From NCBI RefSeq assembly GCF_001194135.2, contig NC_069007.1, positions 12,435,977 to 12,479,032 of the forward strand: a DNA stretch of 43,056 nt, given 5' to 3'. Within the stretch, counting starts at the first letter, position 1. Every line of letters starts with the position of its first letter. The notes under the pieces are model-generated. The model was not told the DNA's origin and searched no databases. It saw only the letters and a program-made list of their open reading frames with translations. Both the position numbers and the translations under genes were made by a program. Shown here piece after piece: positions 13,578 to 23,562 of this stretch. Source of the stretch: Octopus bimaculoides. Its lineage: Eukaryota.

Positions 13578-13623
13578 AACACAACGTTTCGGCTGATATA
13601 CCCTCCAGCCTTCATCAGGTGTC
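13578..13623 (-). ncRNA. Type I hammerhead ribozyme motif, minimal/dimeric
   Basis: Minus strand reads GACAC-CTGATGA-A-GGCTG(GAGGGTATAT)CAGCC-GAA-ACGT-T-GTGTT. Stem I is GACAC/GTGTT, stem II is 5 bp, stem III is the palindrome ACGT, and the triplet is GUU. Confidence 0.7.
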
Positions 13624-13699
13624 TTGGGGGAAATTTTGAACCTGGTTTCTCATTCCTAAGGGGTTTTTTGATGTTGTTATTATTATCATCGTCATTGTT

Positions 13700-13924
13700 G
13701 TTATTATTATTATTATTATTATTATTTTATGTTTGACCTTTGCTTTGCATTTGTACAAGTTAGATCCAAGTCTCACCTAGAGACCTCAAGAGACAACAAG
13801 TTAGAAGTTCATGTAGGTGTTATGCCTAGGGTACCATATATTTGGATTGTGTTTGTTTTAAAATTTGAGATCACATAGATAGTATTTTACGTAGGATATG
13901 GGCAGTTCCCATGAGCACTATCTT
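13700..13924 (-). mobile_element. 3' end fragment of an R4/Dong-type (RLE) LINE inserted in (TAA)n
   Basis: Minus strand 13924-13871 encodes KIVLMGTAHILRKILSM*, a typical RLE-LINE ORF terminus. It is followed by a 3' UTR and an (AAT)n tail. Confidence 0.7.
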
Positions 13925-13938
13925 TAATTATTATTATT

Positions 13939-14012
13939 CAGGTCACTGCCTGGAATCGAACTCGGAATCTTGGGGTTAGTAGCCCGCGCTCTTAACCACT
14001 ACGCCATATGCC
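13939..14012 (-). mobile_element. tRNA-derived Pol III head of a SINE-like element
   Basis: Minus strand reads GGCATATGGCGTAGTGGTTAAGAGCGCGGGCTACTAACCCCAAGATTCCGAGTTCGATTCCAGGCAGTGACC. It has an A box (TGGCGTAGTGG) and a B box (GAGTTCGATTCC). Acceptor and anticodon stems pair poorly, so it is not a functional tRNA. Confidence 0.7.
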
Positions 14013-14294
14013 CAAATAATAATAATAATAATAATAACATCGAAAAATACCTCTAACATGGCCACAGTCTAATGGCTGAAACAAATAAAAGGTCAAAGGA
14101 AGATATTTAGTAATTAAATTGAAAATGTTGATTTGTCTTTAACATAGCAATTTCTTTACTAATTCTTTACTTTCAAGATCAATGAAATGAGTACCAGTTG
14201 TGTTCTGAAGTCGATGTAATCAATTTATCCCCTCTTCCTCTCCAAACTTGCTGGCCTTGTGCCAAAGTTTAAGACCCTTTATACATATTCTTAT

Positions 14295-14703
14295 CTTCTT
14301 CTTCCTCCTCCTCGTTCTTCCCTTCCTTCCTCCTCTTCTTTTTCCTCTTCATTCTTGTTCTTTCTCTTCTTTTCCTTCTCTTCTTTTCTCCTCCTGAAGA
14401 ATAAACTTTTTGTTCTTCTCTTCCTCCTCCTCCTTCGTCTTCTCCACCTCCTCCTCCTCCTCTTTTTTCTACCTGTTCTTCCTCCTCCTCGTCCTTGTTC
14501 TTCCTCTTCTTTTCCTCCAACTCATTCTTCTCTTTCATCTACTTCTTGTTCTTCCTCCTCCCCCTCCTCCTTCTCCATACTTCCTCTTCCTTCTCTTCTT
14601 CTTCATCTCCAGTTTTTCTTTTCATCCATATCTTCCTTCTGTTTCTTCCTCTCACTTCTCCTCCTCCTTAGTCATTTTTCTTCCTCTTGAAAACCCCTGT
14701 TAT

Positions 14704-14741
<38 letters not shown>

Positions 14742-14745
14742 CCTT
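14295..14745. repeat. Polypyrimidine (CTT/CCT/CT)n low-complexity tract
   Basis: Direct reading. Confidence 0.9.
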
Positions 14746-15289
14746 CCTAAGTCAACATTAATTCAACATGCTTTCATTAGTGTTGTTTATTTATTTATTT
14801 GCTGTTGTTTCAGTTTGGTTTTTAAGTTGGTTGCCAGGTGATGGGGANNNNNNNNNNNNNNNNNNNNNNNNNNNNNNNNNNNNNNNNNNNNNNNNNNNNN
14901 NNNNNNNNNNNNNNNNNNNNNNNNNNNNNNNNNNNNNNNNNNNNNNNNNNNNNNNNNNNNNNNNNNNNNNNNNNNNNNNNNNNNNNNNNNNNNNNNNNNN
15001 NNNNNNNNNNNNNNNNNNNNNNNNNNNNNNNNNNNNNNNNNNNNNNNNNNNNNNNNNNNNNNNNNNNNNNNNNNNNNNNNNNNNNNNNNNNNNNNNNNNN
15101 NNNNNNNNNNNNNNNNNNNNNNNNNNNNNATGCACAAACACATGCTTATAGTTACACAGACACACACACAAGAACACATACACTACACACACAAACAACA
15201 TAACAACAATATAAACCCACAATAAATCCACAATATTATTTAGTGAAGAATTTACCATTCCGTTTCTTCTTTCTCTTATTTTCCCTTTG

Positions 15290-15665
15290 TTATTACCTCC
15301 ACCTTAGCAAAGGCAGAGATATTGTTTTCAGTCGTGTTTGTTTGTTTATTTGTCCGTGGACAAGATATCTCAAGAACTGCTGGACGGATTCGGATGAAAC
15401 TTTCAGGGATGTTTGGCCTTGTGACTGGCATAAACCAGTTAGATTTTGGGATCGATCCGGTACTGGACAAGGATTCTGGATTATTTTTCAGGTTTTTTTT
15501 AAACTTAATTTTTGAGAGTGGTTAGGTTCATATTTAGTATTCTCGTTTGTGAGAGCAGTTGAGTTTATTTCAGATATTCTCATTTTAAAAATCATCTCTG
15601 GCTAATCATTGAGTGGACGTTGGTGTTGCCTTGGCAGAGATTTACGCTCTCTGAGTACTCTTGTT
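15290..15665 (+). mobile_element. Non-autonomous Helentron/Helitron2-type (HINE/DINE-like) element
   Basis: The 5' end is TTATTACCTCCACC..GGCAGAG followed by a (GTTT)n-like stretch. The 3' end is CCTTGGCAGAGATTTACGCTCTCTGAGTACTCTTGTT, a subterminal IR plus short hairpin, with T-rich flanks. This architecture is typical of these elements. Confidence 0.65.
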
Positions 15666-16304
15666 ATTATTCTTCTTTTTATTTCTCCTTTCTTCAATTT
15701 TCTCACTTTCTGACAAATTTTCTAACAATAATTACAATTATTAGTTTCCTTTTTCTTTTCCTTTCTCTCCTCCTTTTTGTAAATAGCATTTATATTCCAG
15801 AATGCCATGTCATATACAGAATTATAATTTACAATATTTTACTAAATATAAATTCATTTATTTATTTATTTAGTCTCTTGTAAATGCAATGACATTTGCC
15901 AACCAAACATATTTATTATATTTTAACATTTTTCCCAAATAATGTAAGATTTTATAATTTTTATGTTTTAATGCTACGTGATGTGTAACAACTGTTTATA
16001 ACCATTGTTCCAATTGTTTCAATGTTATCCCAGTTATATTTGAACTCCTGTATATCTTCCACACTCTTTTGTCAATTCAAAGGAGTTTCTCTGTGTGGTT
16101 ACATAATTTCCTAGAAATAGCAACCAAAATTTTCTTTAAATCACATTTTATGATACTGGGATAATTCATGGAATAATGTAGTCCTGTGTGTACTGTACAT
16201 GAGGAAAAGATGGGATAGTCATAGATGGGATATTCTATGGTACTGTCGTAATGTTCTCTCAGGTTGTAGTAATGTCACAGTGGTATTATAGGAGTAGTGT
16301 ATGA

Positions 16305-16692
16305 CAGTGATTCCCAAACTTTTTCAGGCTACTGCTCCCTTGGTTCTANNNNNNNNNNNNNNNNNNNNNNNNNNNNNNNNNNNNNNNNNNNNNNNNNNNN
16401 NNNNNNNNNNNNNNNNNNNNNNNNNNNNNNNNNNNNNNNNNNNNNNNNNNNNNNNNNNNNNNNNNNNNNNNNAGACAGAGACCATTTTCTGCAGCAAATT
16501 CAAGACAACAGGATTTCACAAATAAAACTTAACCTAATTACCCCTTTATTTTGTTTGTCTTTTTTTACATCTATTGCCCCATTTTGGTCACCCAATTATC
16601 ACCCCATTTTTCTTCAATGACCTCCTGGATCTTTCCACCATCCCCAGGGGGGAGCAGTGGTCGTGGGGTACTGCCCACTTTGGGAACCATTG
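16305..16692. mobile_element. hAT (Charlie-like) MITE spanning a gap
   Basis: Termini CAGTGATTCCCAAAC and CTTTGGGAACCATTG are imperfect TIRs. The flanking 8-mers GTGTATGA and GTGTGTAG match at only 5 of 8 positions. Confidence 0.45.
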
Positions 16693-16829
16693 GTGTGTAG
16701 CATTGTGGCAATGCTTTGTAGTGGCATAATGTTGTAGCAATGTTTAGTTGTATGGCAGTAGGAGTGGTGTACAGGGTTGTAGTATTCTTGTAGTTGTAGT
16801 GTTGTAGTGTAGAAGTAAAGCAAAGCATA

Positions 16830-17055
16830 AGGTTACCTTCTTGAGTCATACTGACTCTTAAGGGCCAGTCTCCCGGTTTCATGACATATATGTTCCCCAC
16901 CTGGACAGGACACAGGTACAGCTGAGTGGACTGAAGCAATGTGAAGTGAAGTGTTTTGCTCAAGAACACAACAGGTCACCCGGTCCAGGGGTTGAAGCCA
17001 CAATCTTAAGATCATAAATCTTAACACCCTAACCACTAAGCCATGTACCTCCACC
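16830..17055 (-). mobile_element. tRNA-headed SINE (family E); related copy at about 108-383
   Basis: Minus head GTGGAGGTACATGGCTTAGTGGTTAGGG. The segment CAGCTGA(G/A)TGGACTG(A/G)AGCA..GTGAA is shared with the 108-383 copy. Confidence 0.55.
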
Positions 17056-17114
17056 ATTGTAGAAGTGGTGTATAGTATAGTGTTGCAGTAATATTCTGCA
17101 GCGTCATCATAATA

Positions 17115-17440
17115 GTCTTTTCTACTCTAGACACAAGGCCCAAAATTTTAGGGGAAGGGGCCAGTAGATTAGATCGACCTCAGTATGTAGCCGGTACTTA
17201 ATTTATTGACCCCGAAAGGATGAAATGCAAAGTCAACCTCAGTGGCATTTGAACTCAGAATGCAAAGACAGCCAAAATACTGCTAAGTATTTTGCCTGGC
17301 ATGCTAACGATTCTGCCAACTCACCACCTTAGCATCATAATAATATTCTTTTCTACTCTAGGCACAAGGCCCAAAATTTTGGGGATGGGGGCTGGTCAGT
17401 TAGATCGAACCCAGTATGCAACTGGTACTTAATTTATCAA
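17115..17440 (-). mobile_element. Family A SINEs (one near full-length plus one partial)
   Basis: Reverse complement of the family A head and body. Confidence 0.7.
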
Positions 17441-17442
17441 CA

Positions 17443-17600
17443 AGCTTTTTTCACTTTCCATCTATGAAATCCACTCACAAGGCTTTGATCAGCCTGAAAC
17501 AATAGTAGAAGACACTTGCCCAAGGTGGTGCATGCAGTGGGACTGAACCCAGAACCATGTGGTTGGGAAGCAAGTTTCTTACCACACAGCCATGCCTGCT
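17443..17600 (-). mobile_element. Family B SINE head
   Basis: Reverse complement of the family B head and CORE-like segment. Confidence 0.65.
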
Positions 17601-18506
17601 CCTATAACATAAAAAGGAAAGAAGTCAAATCAAATATATTTAGAATTTGAAACCACAGCAACAAACTTAAAATACTGCAAACACCACAACTCCATCGCTT
17701 TCTGCAATTTCTGAGAAATCAGGGATTTTTTTAGTTTTTTTCTCTCTTTAAACCAAATCGTTATAAACTTAAGTACTAAACTTTTATTTTCCACATTTCA
17801 ATTTTCCATGCGGAAATTTAATCCATTTTATCTCCTGTGTGGATGCAATTTATTTGTGTGTCACTTCCAGCTGTTTTATTATTAAAACTAAAACTGTTTC
17901 TGTCATTTTATCCTCATCTTCCCCATTATCATCATCATCATAATTATTCTAATTTTAATGACAATTATGAAAACGATTGCTCATTAGCCTCATCAGCATT
18001 ATTGTTAAGGATGATGGATTACCATTCTTAAGAGTTTGGTGGCATGGTGTAAGCATGGCTATCAGTTAAAGAAGTTCACTATTCCAGTCATGTAGTTTTG
18101 GGTTCAGACTCACTGTACAGCTCCTGGGGAAAGTTGTCATCCTAACCTCAAGTAAAACAAAGTCTTCTCAGTGAAGTTTGAAAAATGGAAATTGTATAGA
18201 GGTTCCTCAGATGGTCATTCAAAGGGGTCTTTTGAATGAACCGCACATGGAATTTATGTCTCCACACTATCCACTTGTAATAACAAAATATGAACCCCTA
18301 TCAGAACCTACTTACCATGGACAAGAAGCATTTCTACCAATTCTACACAACACTTTCCTTGGACAACGGAACTGCAACTGTAACATCCTACATATATTTT
18401 TATTTTTATTCTCTTATTTCCCTTTATACTTCGTATATCCATCCTTTTCCAAAATAACTCCTTATATTGAACTCTACTATTTCCCTCTAGTTAACTCTCT
18501 CGTATT

Positions 18507-18554
18507 GTCTCTGATGAAGGGATATCCCTAATATCCCAGAAACAGCTGTAAGAT
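18507..18554 (+). ncRNA. Type I hammerhead ribozyme motif, minimal/dimeric (Penelope/retrozyme-like)
   Basis: GTCT-CTGATGA-A-GGGATAT(CCCTA)ATATCCC-A-GAA-ACAGCTGT-A-AGAT. Stem I is GTCT/AGAT, stem II is 7 bp, stem III is the palindrome ACAGCTGT, and the GUA cleavage triplet ends at 18550. Confidence 0.75.
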
Positions 18555-18728
18555 TACCCTTCTCTTTACAAATGTCCTAGAAATTTCACACTGCCTTGGC
18601 TTTCTTGTCTAACTTTATTTAACTTATACATGTATTATTATTGAACCAAGAGTCTAATTATAGTCCTCCCATAGAACTTACATATCCTTACCTGCCATCT
18701 TGGGTCTTCTGGATACCAATATCTCTCT

Positions 18729-18781
<53 letters not shown>

Positions 18782-19322
18782 NNNNNNNNNNNNNNNNNNN
18801 NNNNNNNNNNNNNNNNNNNNNNNNNNNNNNNNNNNNNNNNNNNNNNNNNNNNNNNNNNNNNNNNNNNNNNNNNNNNNNNNNNNNNNNNNNNNNNNNNNNN
18901 NNNNNNNNNNNNNNNNNNNNNNNNNNNNNNNNNNNNNNNNNNNNNNNNNNNNNNNNNNNNNNNNNNNNNNNNNNNNNNNNNNNNNNNNNNNNNNNNNNNN
19001 NNNNNNNNNNNNNNNNNNNNNNNNNNNNNNNNNNNNNNNNNNNNNNNNNNNNNNNNNNNNNNNNNNNNNNNNNNNNNNNNNNNNNNNNNNNNNNNNNNNN
19101 NNNNNNNNNNNNNNNNNNNNNNNNNNNNNNNNNNNNNNNNNNNNNNNNNNNNNNNNNNNNNNNNNNNNNNNNNNNNNNNNNNNNNNNNNNNNNNNNNNNN
19201 NNNNNNNNNNNNNNNNNNNNNNNNNNNNNNNNNNNNNNNNNNNNNNNNNNNNNNNNNNNNNNNNNNNNNNNNNNNNNNNNNNNNNNNNNNNNNNNNNNNN
19301 NNNNNNNNNNNNNNNNNNNNNN

Positions 19323-19354
<32 letters not shown>

Positions 19355-19364
19355 CATGTATATA

Positions 19365-19990
19365 GGCACAGGAGTGGCTGTGTGGTAAGTAGCTTTCTTA
19401 CCAACCACATGGTTCTGGGTTCAGTCCCACTGCATGGCACGTTGGGCAAGTGTCTCCTACTATAGCCTCGAGCCGACCAAAGCCTTGTGAGTGGATTTGG
19501 TAGACGGAAACTGAAAGAAGCCCGTCGTATATATGTATACATATATATAATTTTTCATAGTAAATCATGTAATCGTTACCAATATAGCAGGAGATTTCAC
19601 TGCAAAAAAGTCTAAATTAGACTCCTTAGGGATCGTTCTCCTTGTTTATATATCCAAAGTTTTTAATTTTTGCATTTAAGACAGAGATCTGACGCTAATA
19701 TTAGCGTCAAATCTCTCTCTTAAATGTAAAAATTTTAAACTTTCATATATATATGTATATATATATGTATGTGTGTATGTGTTTATATGTCTGTGTTTGT
19801 CCCCCCAACATTGCTTGATAACCGATGCTGGTGTGTTTATGTCCACCATAACTTAGCAGTTCGGCAAAAGAGACCAATAGAATAAGTACTAGGCTAACAA
19901 AGAATAAGTCCTGGGGTCGATTTGTTCGACTAAAGGCGGTGCTCCAGCATGGCCGCAGTCAAATGACTGAAACAAGTAAAAGAATAAAAG
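19365..19990 (+). mobile_element. Family B SINE split by an insertion in its central microsatellite
   Basis: Head at 19365-19530 and 3' half at about 19785-19990. The intervening sequence contains the 88-bp palindrome. Confidence 0.75.
19656..19743. repeat. 88-bp loopless imperfect palindrome
   Basis: The 44-bp arms have 5 mismatches, and the centre TGACGCTAAT|ATTAGCGTCA is perfect. Confidence 0.9.
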
Positions 19991-19994
19991 AATG

Positions 19995-20475
19995 GAATGT
20001 TTTAATTTAGATCACTTTAATGTGGGACATTTCTATCATAGCACCAGGGGCAGTCTCAGGAAGGGCTGGTAACAAAAGAGTTAACCCTTTTGTTACCCTA
20101 TTTCTGTTGAAATACATAGCCTTTGTTTCAAATGATTTTGAAAATAAGGAAGAATTTAATGAAATAACTTTCTCGTTATTAATCTGGTGTTTGGAAAATA
20201 AATTAACATGAAATTTTAATGGAATATTTTTAACTTACATCACTTCAGAACGGAAAGTCTGTATGAATGGAGTAGAGACAGTCTCAGATGAGTTTCTATT
20301 AGAAAGATTAACTCTTTCCTTATTACATTTTTATTGAAATACTATGACTTTGTCTTAATTTATTTCAAAAATAGTAAAAAAAACTTAATAAGATAATTTT
20401 GTTGTTAATTAAGGCTGTTGTAAGGAACAAATTAACATGAAATTTTTATGAGAGGTGTTAATTTAGATCACATTA
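19995..20475 (+). mobile_element. Head-to-tail array of about 3 copies of a second TTAA-type MITE
   Basis: Junctions are GGTAACAAAAGAG|TTAA|CCCTTTTGTTACC (20081-20084) and AGAAAGA|TTAA|CTCTTT (20308-20311). Internal motifs such as AAATTAACATGAAATT and AATTTAGATCAC recur. Confidence 0.6.
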
Positions 20476-20550
20476 ATAGAGGGCATGGATTAGATGGTTT
20501 GACATGTTCCAGTGAGCTGCAGAACATCATCAAGCTTTAATACCTGCTTC

Positions 20551-21653
20551 GGCATGTTTTCTGCAGCTTCCTAATGCCAACCACTTTACAGAAAGGCCTG
20601 GGTGCTTTTCATGTGGCAACTGCACTGGCCAGGTCTGTTTTGGCATGTTTTCTACAACTGGATGCCCTTCCTAATGCCAACCACTTTACAGAAAGGCCTG
20701 GGTGCTTTTCATGTGGCAACTGCACTGGCCAGGTCTGTTTTGGCATGTTTTCTACAACTGGNNNNNNNNNNNNNNNNNNNNNNNNNNNNNNNNNNNNNNN
20801 NNNNNNNNNNNNNNNNNNNNNNNNNNNNNNNNNNNNNNNNNNNNNNNNNNNNNNNNNNNNNNNNNNNNNNNNNNNNNNNNNNNNNNNNNNNNNNNNNNNN
20901 NNNNNNNNNNNNNNNNNNNNNNNNNNNNNNNNNNNNNNNNNNNNNNNNNNNNNNNNNNNNNNNNNNNNNNNNNNNNNNNNNNNNNNNNNNNNNNNNNNNN
21001 NNNNNNNNNNNNNNNNNNNNNNNNNNNNNNNNNNNNNNNNNNNNNNNNNNNNNNNNNNNNNNNNNNNNNNNNNNNNNNNNNNNNNNNNNNNNNNNNNNNN
21101 NNNNNNNNNNNNNNNNNNNNNNNNNNNNNNNNNNNNNNNNNNNNNNNNNNNNNNNNNNNNNNNNNNNNNNNNNNNNNNNNNNNNNNNNNNNNNNNNNNNN
21201 NNNNNNNNNNNNNNNNNNNNNNNNNNNNNNNNNNNNNNNNNNNNNNNNNNNNNNNNNNNNNNNNNNNNNNNNNNNNNNNNNNNNNNNNNNNNNNNNNNNN
21301 NNNNNNNNNNNNNNNNNNNNNNNNNNNNNNNNNNNNNNNNNNNNNNNNNNNNNNNNNNNNNNNNNNNNNNNNNNNNNNNNNNNNNNNNNNNNNNNNNNNN
21401 NNNNNNNNNNNTTTCTACAACTGGATGCCCTTCCTAATGCCAGCCACTTTACAGAAAGGCCTGGGTGCTTTTCATGTGGCAACAGCACTGGCCAGGTCTG
21501 TTTTGGCATGTTTTCTACAACTGGATGCCCTTCCTAATGCCAGCCACTTTACAGAAAGGCCTGGGTGCTTTTCATGTGGCAACAGCACCGGCCAGGTCTG
21601 CTTTGGCATGTTTTCTACAACTGGATGCCCTTCCTAATGCCAACCACTTTACA
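20551..21653. repeat. 100-bp tandem repeat (minisatellite) spanning a gap
   Basis: Unit TTCCTAATGCCAACCACTTTACAGAAAGGCCTGGGTGCTTTTCATGTGGCAACTGCACTGGCCAGGTCTGTTTTGGCATGTTTTCTACAACTGGATGCCC. About 2 units are visible before and 2.4 units after a 650-N gap. Confidence 0.9.
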
Positions 21654-21994
21654 GTGAGTATCATTGGGGTTTTTTTTTTGTGACACCAACACTAGTGAGG
21701 TCACCAAGAAACACACAGGGAGAGGACAAAAGAGGGTGATGGGAGGAAGATTCAGCAGTTATTTCTAGTTGATCAAGAAGCCAAAGAGAAGCTCTTTCAC
21801 CGACTTATGAGTGGTTGTAGAAACAATGTCATGATATACCAAGGAGTACATTATCCAATGTAACCTGTTTTTAAGGGAATAGACTGTATCATTTGTGGCT
21901 GACTTGGTTGCTATTTCTAGCATCCCAAGAGACTGCATGCACTCTTATGTGTTGGCTCCTATATGTGGGTGGGTGTATGTATGTGTGCATAGAT

Positions 21995-22372
21995 GTGTAT
22001 TCTTTTATTCTTTTACTTGTTTCAGTCATTTGACTGCCAAACAAATCAACCCCAGGATTTTCTTTTAAGCCTTGTACTTATTCTATTGGTCTCTTTTGCC
22101 AAACTGCTAAGTTATAAGGACATAAACACACCAACACTGGTTGTCAAACAGTGTTGCCGGAGACAAACACTGACACAAAGATGCATACACATAGATACAC
22201 ACACATATATGATGGGCTTCTTTCAGTTTCCATCTATCAAATCCACTTACAAGTCTTTGGTTAGCCCAAGGCTATAGTGGAAGACACTTGCCCAAGGTGC
22301 CATGCAGTGGGACTGAACCCGGAACCATGTGGTTGGGAAGCAAGCTTCTTACCACACAGTCACACCTGTACT
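21995..22372 (-). mobile_element. Family B SINE
   Basis: Both halves are similar to 6147-6540. Confidence 0.75.
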
Positions 22373-22375
22373 TTA

Positions 22376-22431
<56 letters not shown>

Positions 22432-22435
<4 letters not shown>

Positions 22436-22885
22436 CCATGCCAGTGGAACACTAACAGCACCATCTGAGTGTGATCATTGCCAGAGCAGCTGTCTGGCTT
22501 CCGTGCTGGTGGCACGTAAAAAGCACCATTTGAGCGTGATCGTTACTGGCGTTGCCTTACTGGTACTTGTGCCAGTGACACGTGTAGAGACATTCAAGCG
22601 AGGTCGTTGCCAGTGCCGCTAGACCGGCTCCTGTGCAGGTGGTATGTAAAAAACACCATTTGAGCATAGCCGTTGCCAGTACCGCCAGATTGGCACTCGT
22701 GCCGGTCGCACATAAAAGCACCCACTACACTCTCGGAGTGTTTGGCATTAGGAAGGGCATCCAGCTGTAGAAACTCTGCCAGATCACATTGGAGCCTGGT
22801 GCAGCCATCTGGTTTCACCAGTCCTCAGTCAAATCATCCAATCGATGCTAGCATGGAAAGCAGACGTTAAACGATGATGATGATA
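22432..22885 (+). mobile_element. Family C retroposon with (GAT)n tail
   Basis: Ends GCATGGAAAGCAGACGTTAAACGATGATGATGAT, immediately upstream of the Syt7 acceptor region. Confidence 0.7.
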
Positions 22886-23112
22886 TATATATATTGCTCT
22901 TGCATGTGCACTTGTGCATGTACATGTGTGTGTATGTGCATGTAACTCTGTGCACTTGCATGTGTGTGTTTGTGTGTGTGTGTGCATCTGTGCCTTCATA
23001 TGGTAAAAGTTTGCAAAATAATTTTGTTTCTATGTATTTCTCTAATAATCCTTGTATCTTTCTCTGTTTCTTTTCTTTCTATATCCTGCCCTTAACCCTC
23101 AACACTTCACAG

Positions 23113-23282
23113 ACTGGCCACACCACAAATTACTAGAGAAGACCCTTTATTTTCAAGTGATCGACTACGACAGATTCAGCCGAGATGACCCGATCGGAGA
23201 AATTACCATTCCTTTGAACGAGGTGGATCTTACACAAAAAAAAAGCACATGGCGGTTTCTGGAACCATGCAAAGAGAGTAGG
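23113..23282 (+). CDS. SYT7: Internal coding exon of a synaptotagmin-7-like gene (C-terminal half of C2A domain)
   Basis: Translates (D)WPHHKLLEKTLYFQVIDYDRFSRDDPIGEITIPLNEVDLTQKKSTWRFLEPCKESR. This aligns by eye to Syt7 C2A ([43 protein letters not shown]). It has a polypyrimidine tract, a CTTAAC branch-like site near 23091, acceptor CACAG ending at 23112 and donor GTAAGT at 23283. Length is 170 nt, phase 1 in and phase 0 out. Paralog assignment is from recalled sequence. Confidence 0.88.
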
Positions 23283-23562
23283 GTAAGTGTACAAGAAACG
23301 TTTGTTACTTGCTTCTGCTATAAGGCTGTGGCCATGCTGGAGTACTGTTTTAACTCATTCGGTGTAATGAGATCAAGCTCTGAGCCATATGGCTAAGAAC
23401 TCACCTTCTTAACCATTTCTGCTGGGTTTACACAACCACAAAACAAGGAAGAGGGAAGGCGTTCTTTTATTGATGCTTGGAAAAATTTTTTGTTTGTTTT
23501 TTGTTACAGGTGGGGTGGTATTGTGAAATTTATGGGGATTATGTATGAGCCCTATTGTTAGT

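Noticed and set aside
13939-14012. Functional tRNA gene
   Set aside because: Acceptor and anticodon stems do not pair. It is interpreted as a SINE head.
17960-18000. Minus-strand CTGATGAGGCTAATGAGC
   Set aside because: GAAA is missing and no stem III or stem I can be formed.
23283-23396. Extension of the Syt ORF (VSVQETFVTC...) and upstream MYLSLFLFF
   Set aside because: These lie beyond the GT donor and before the AG acceptor, so they are intronic read-through.
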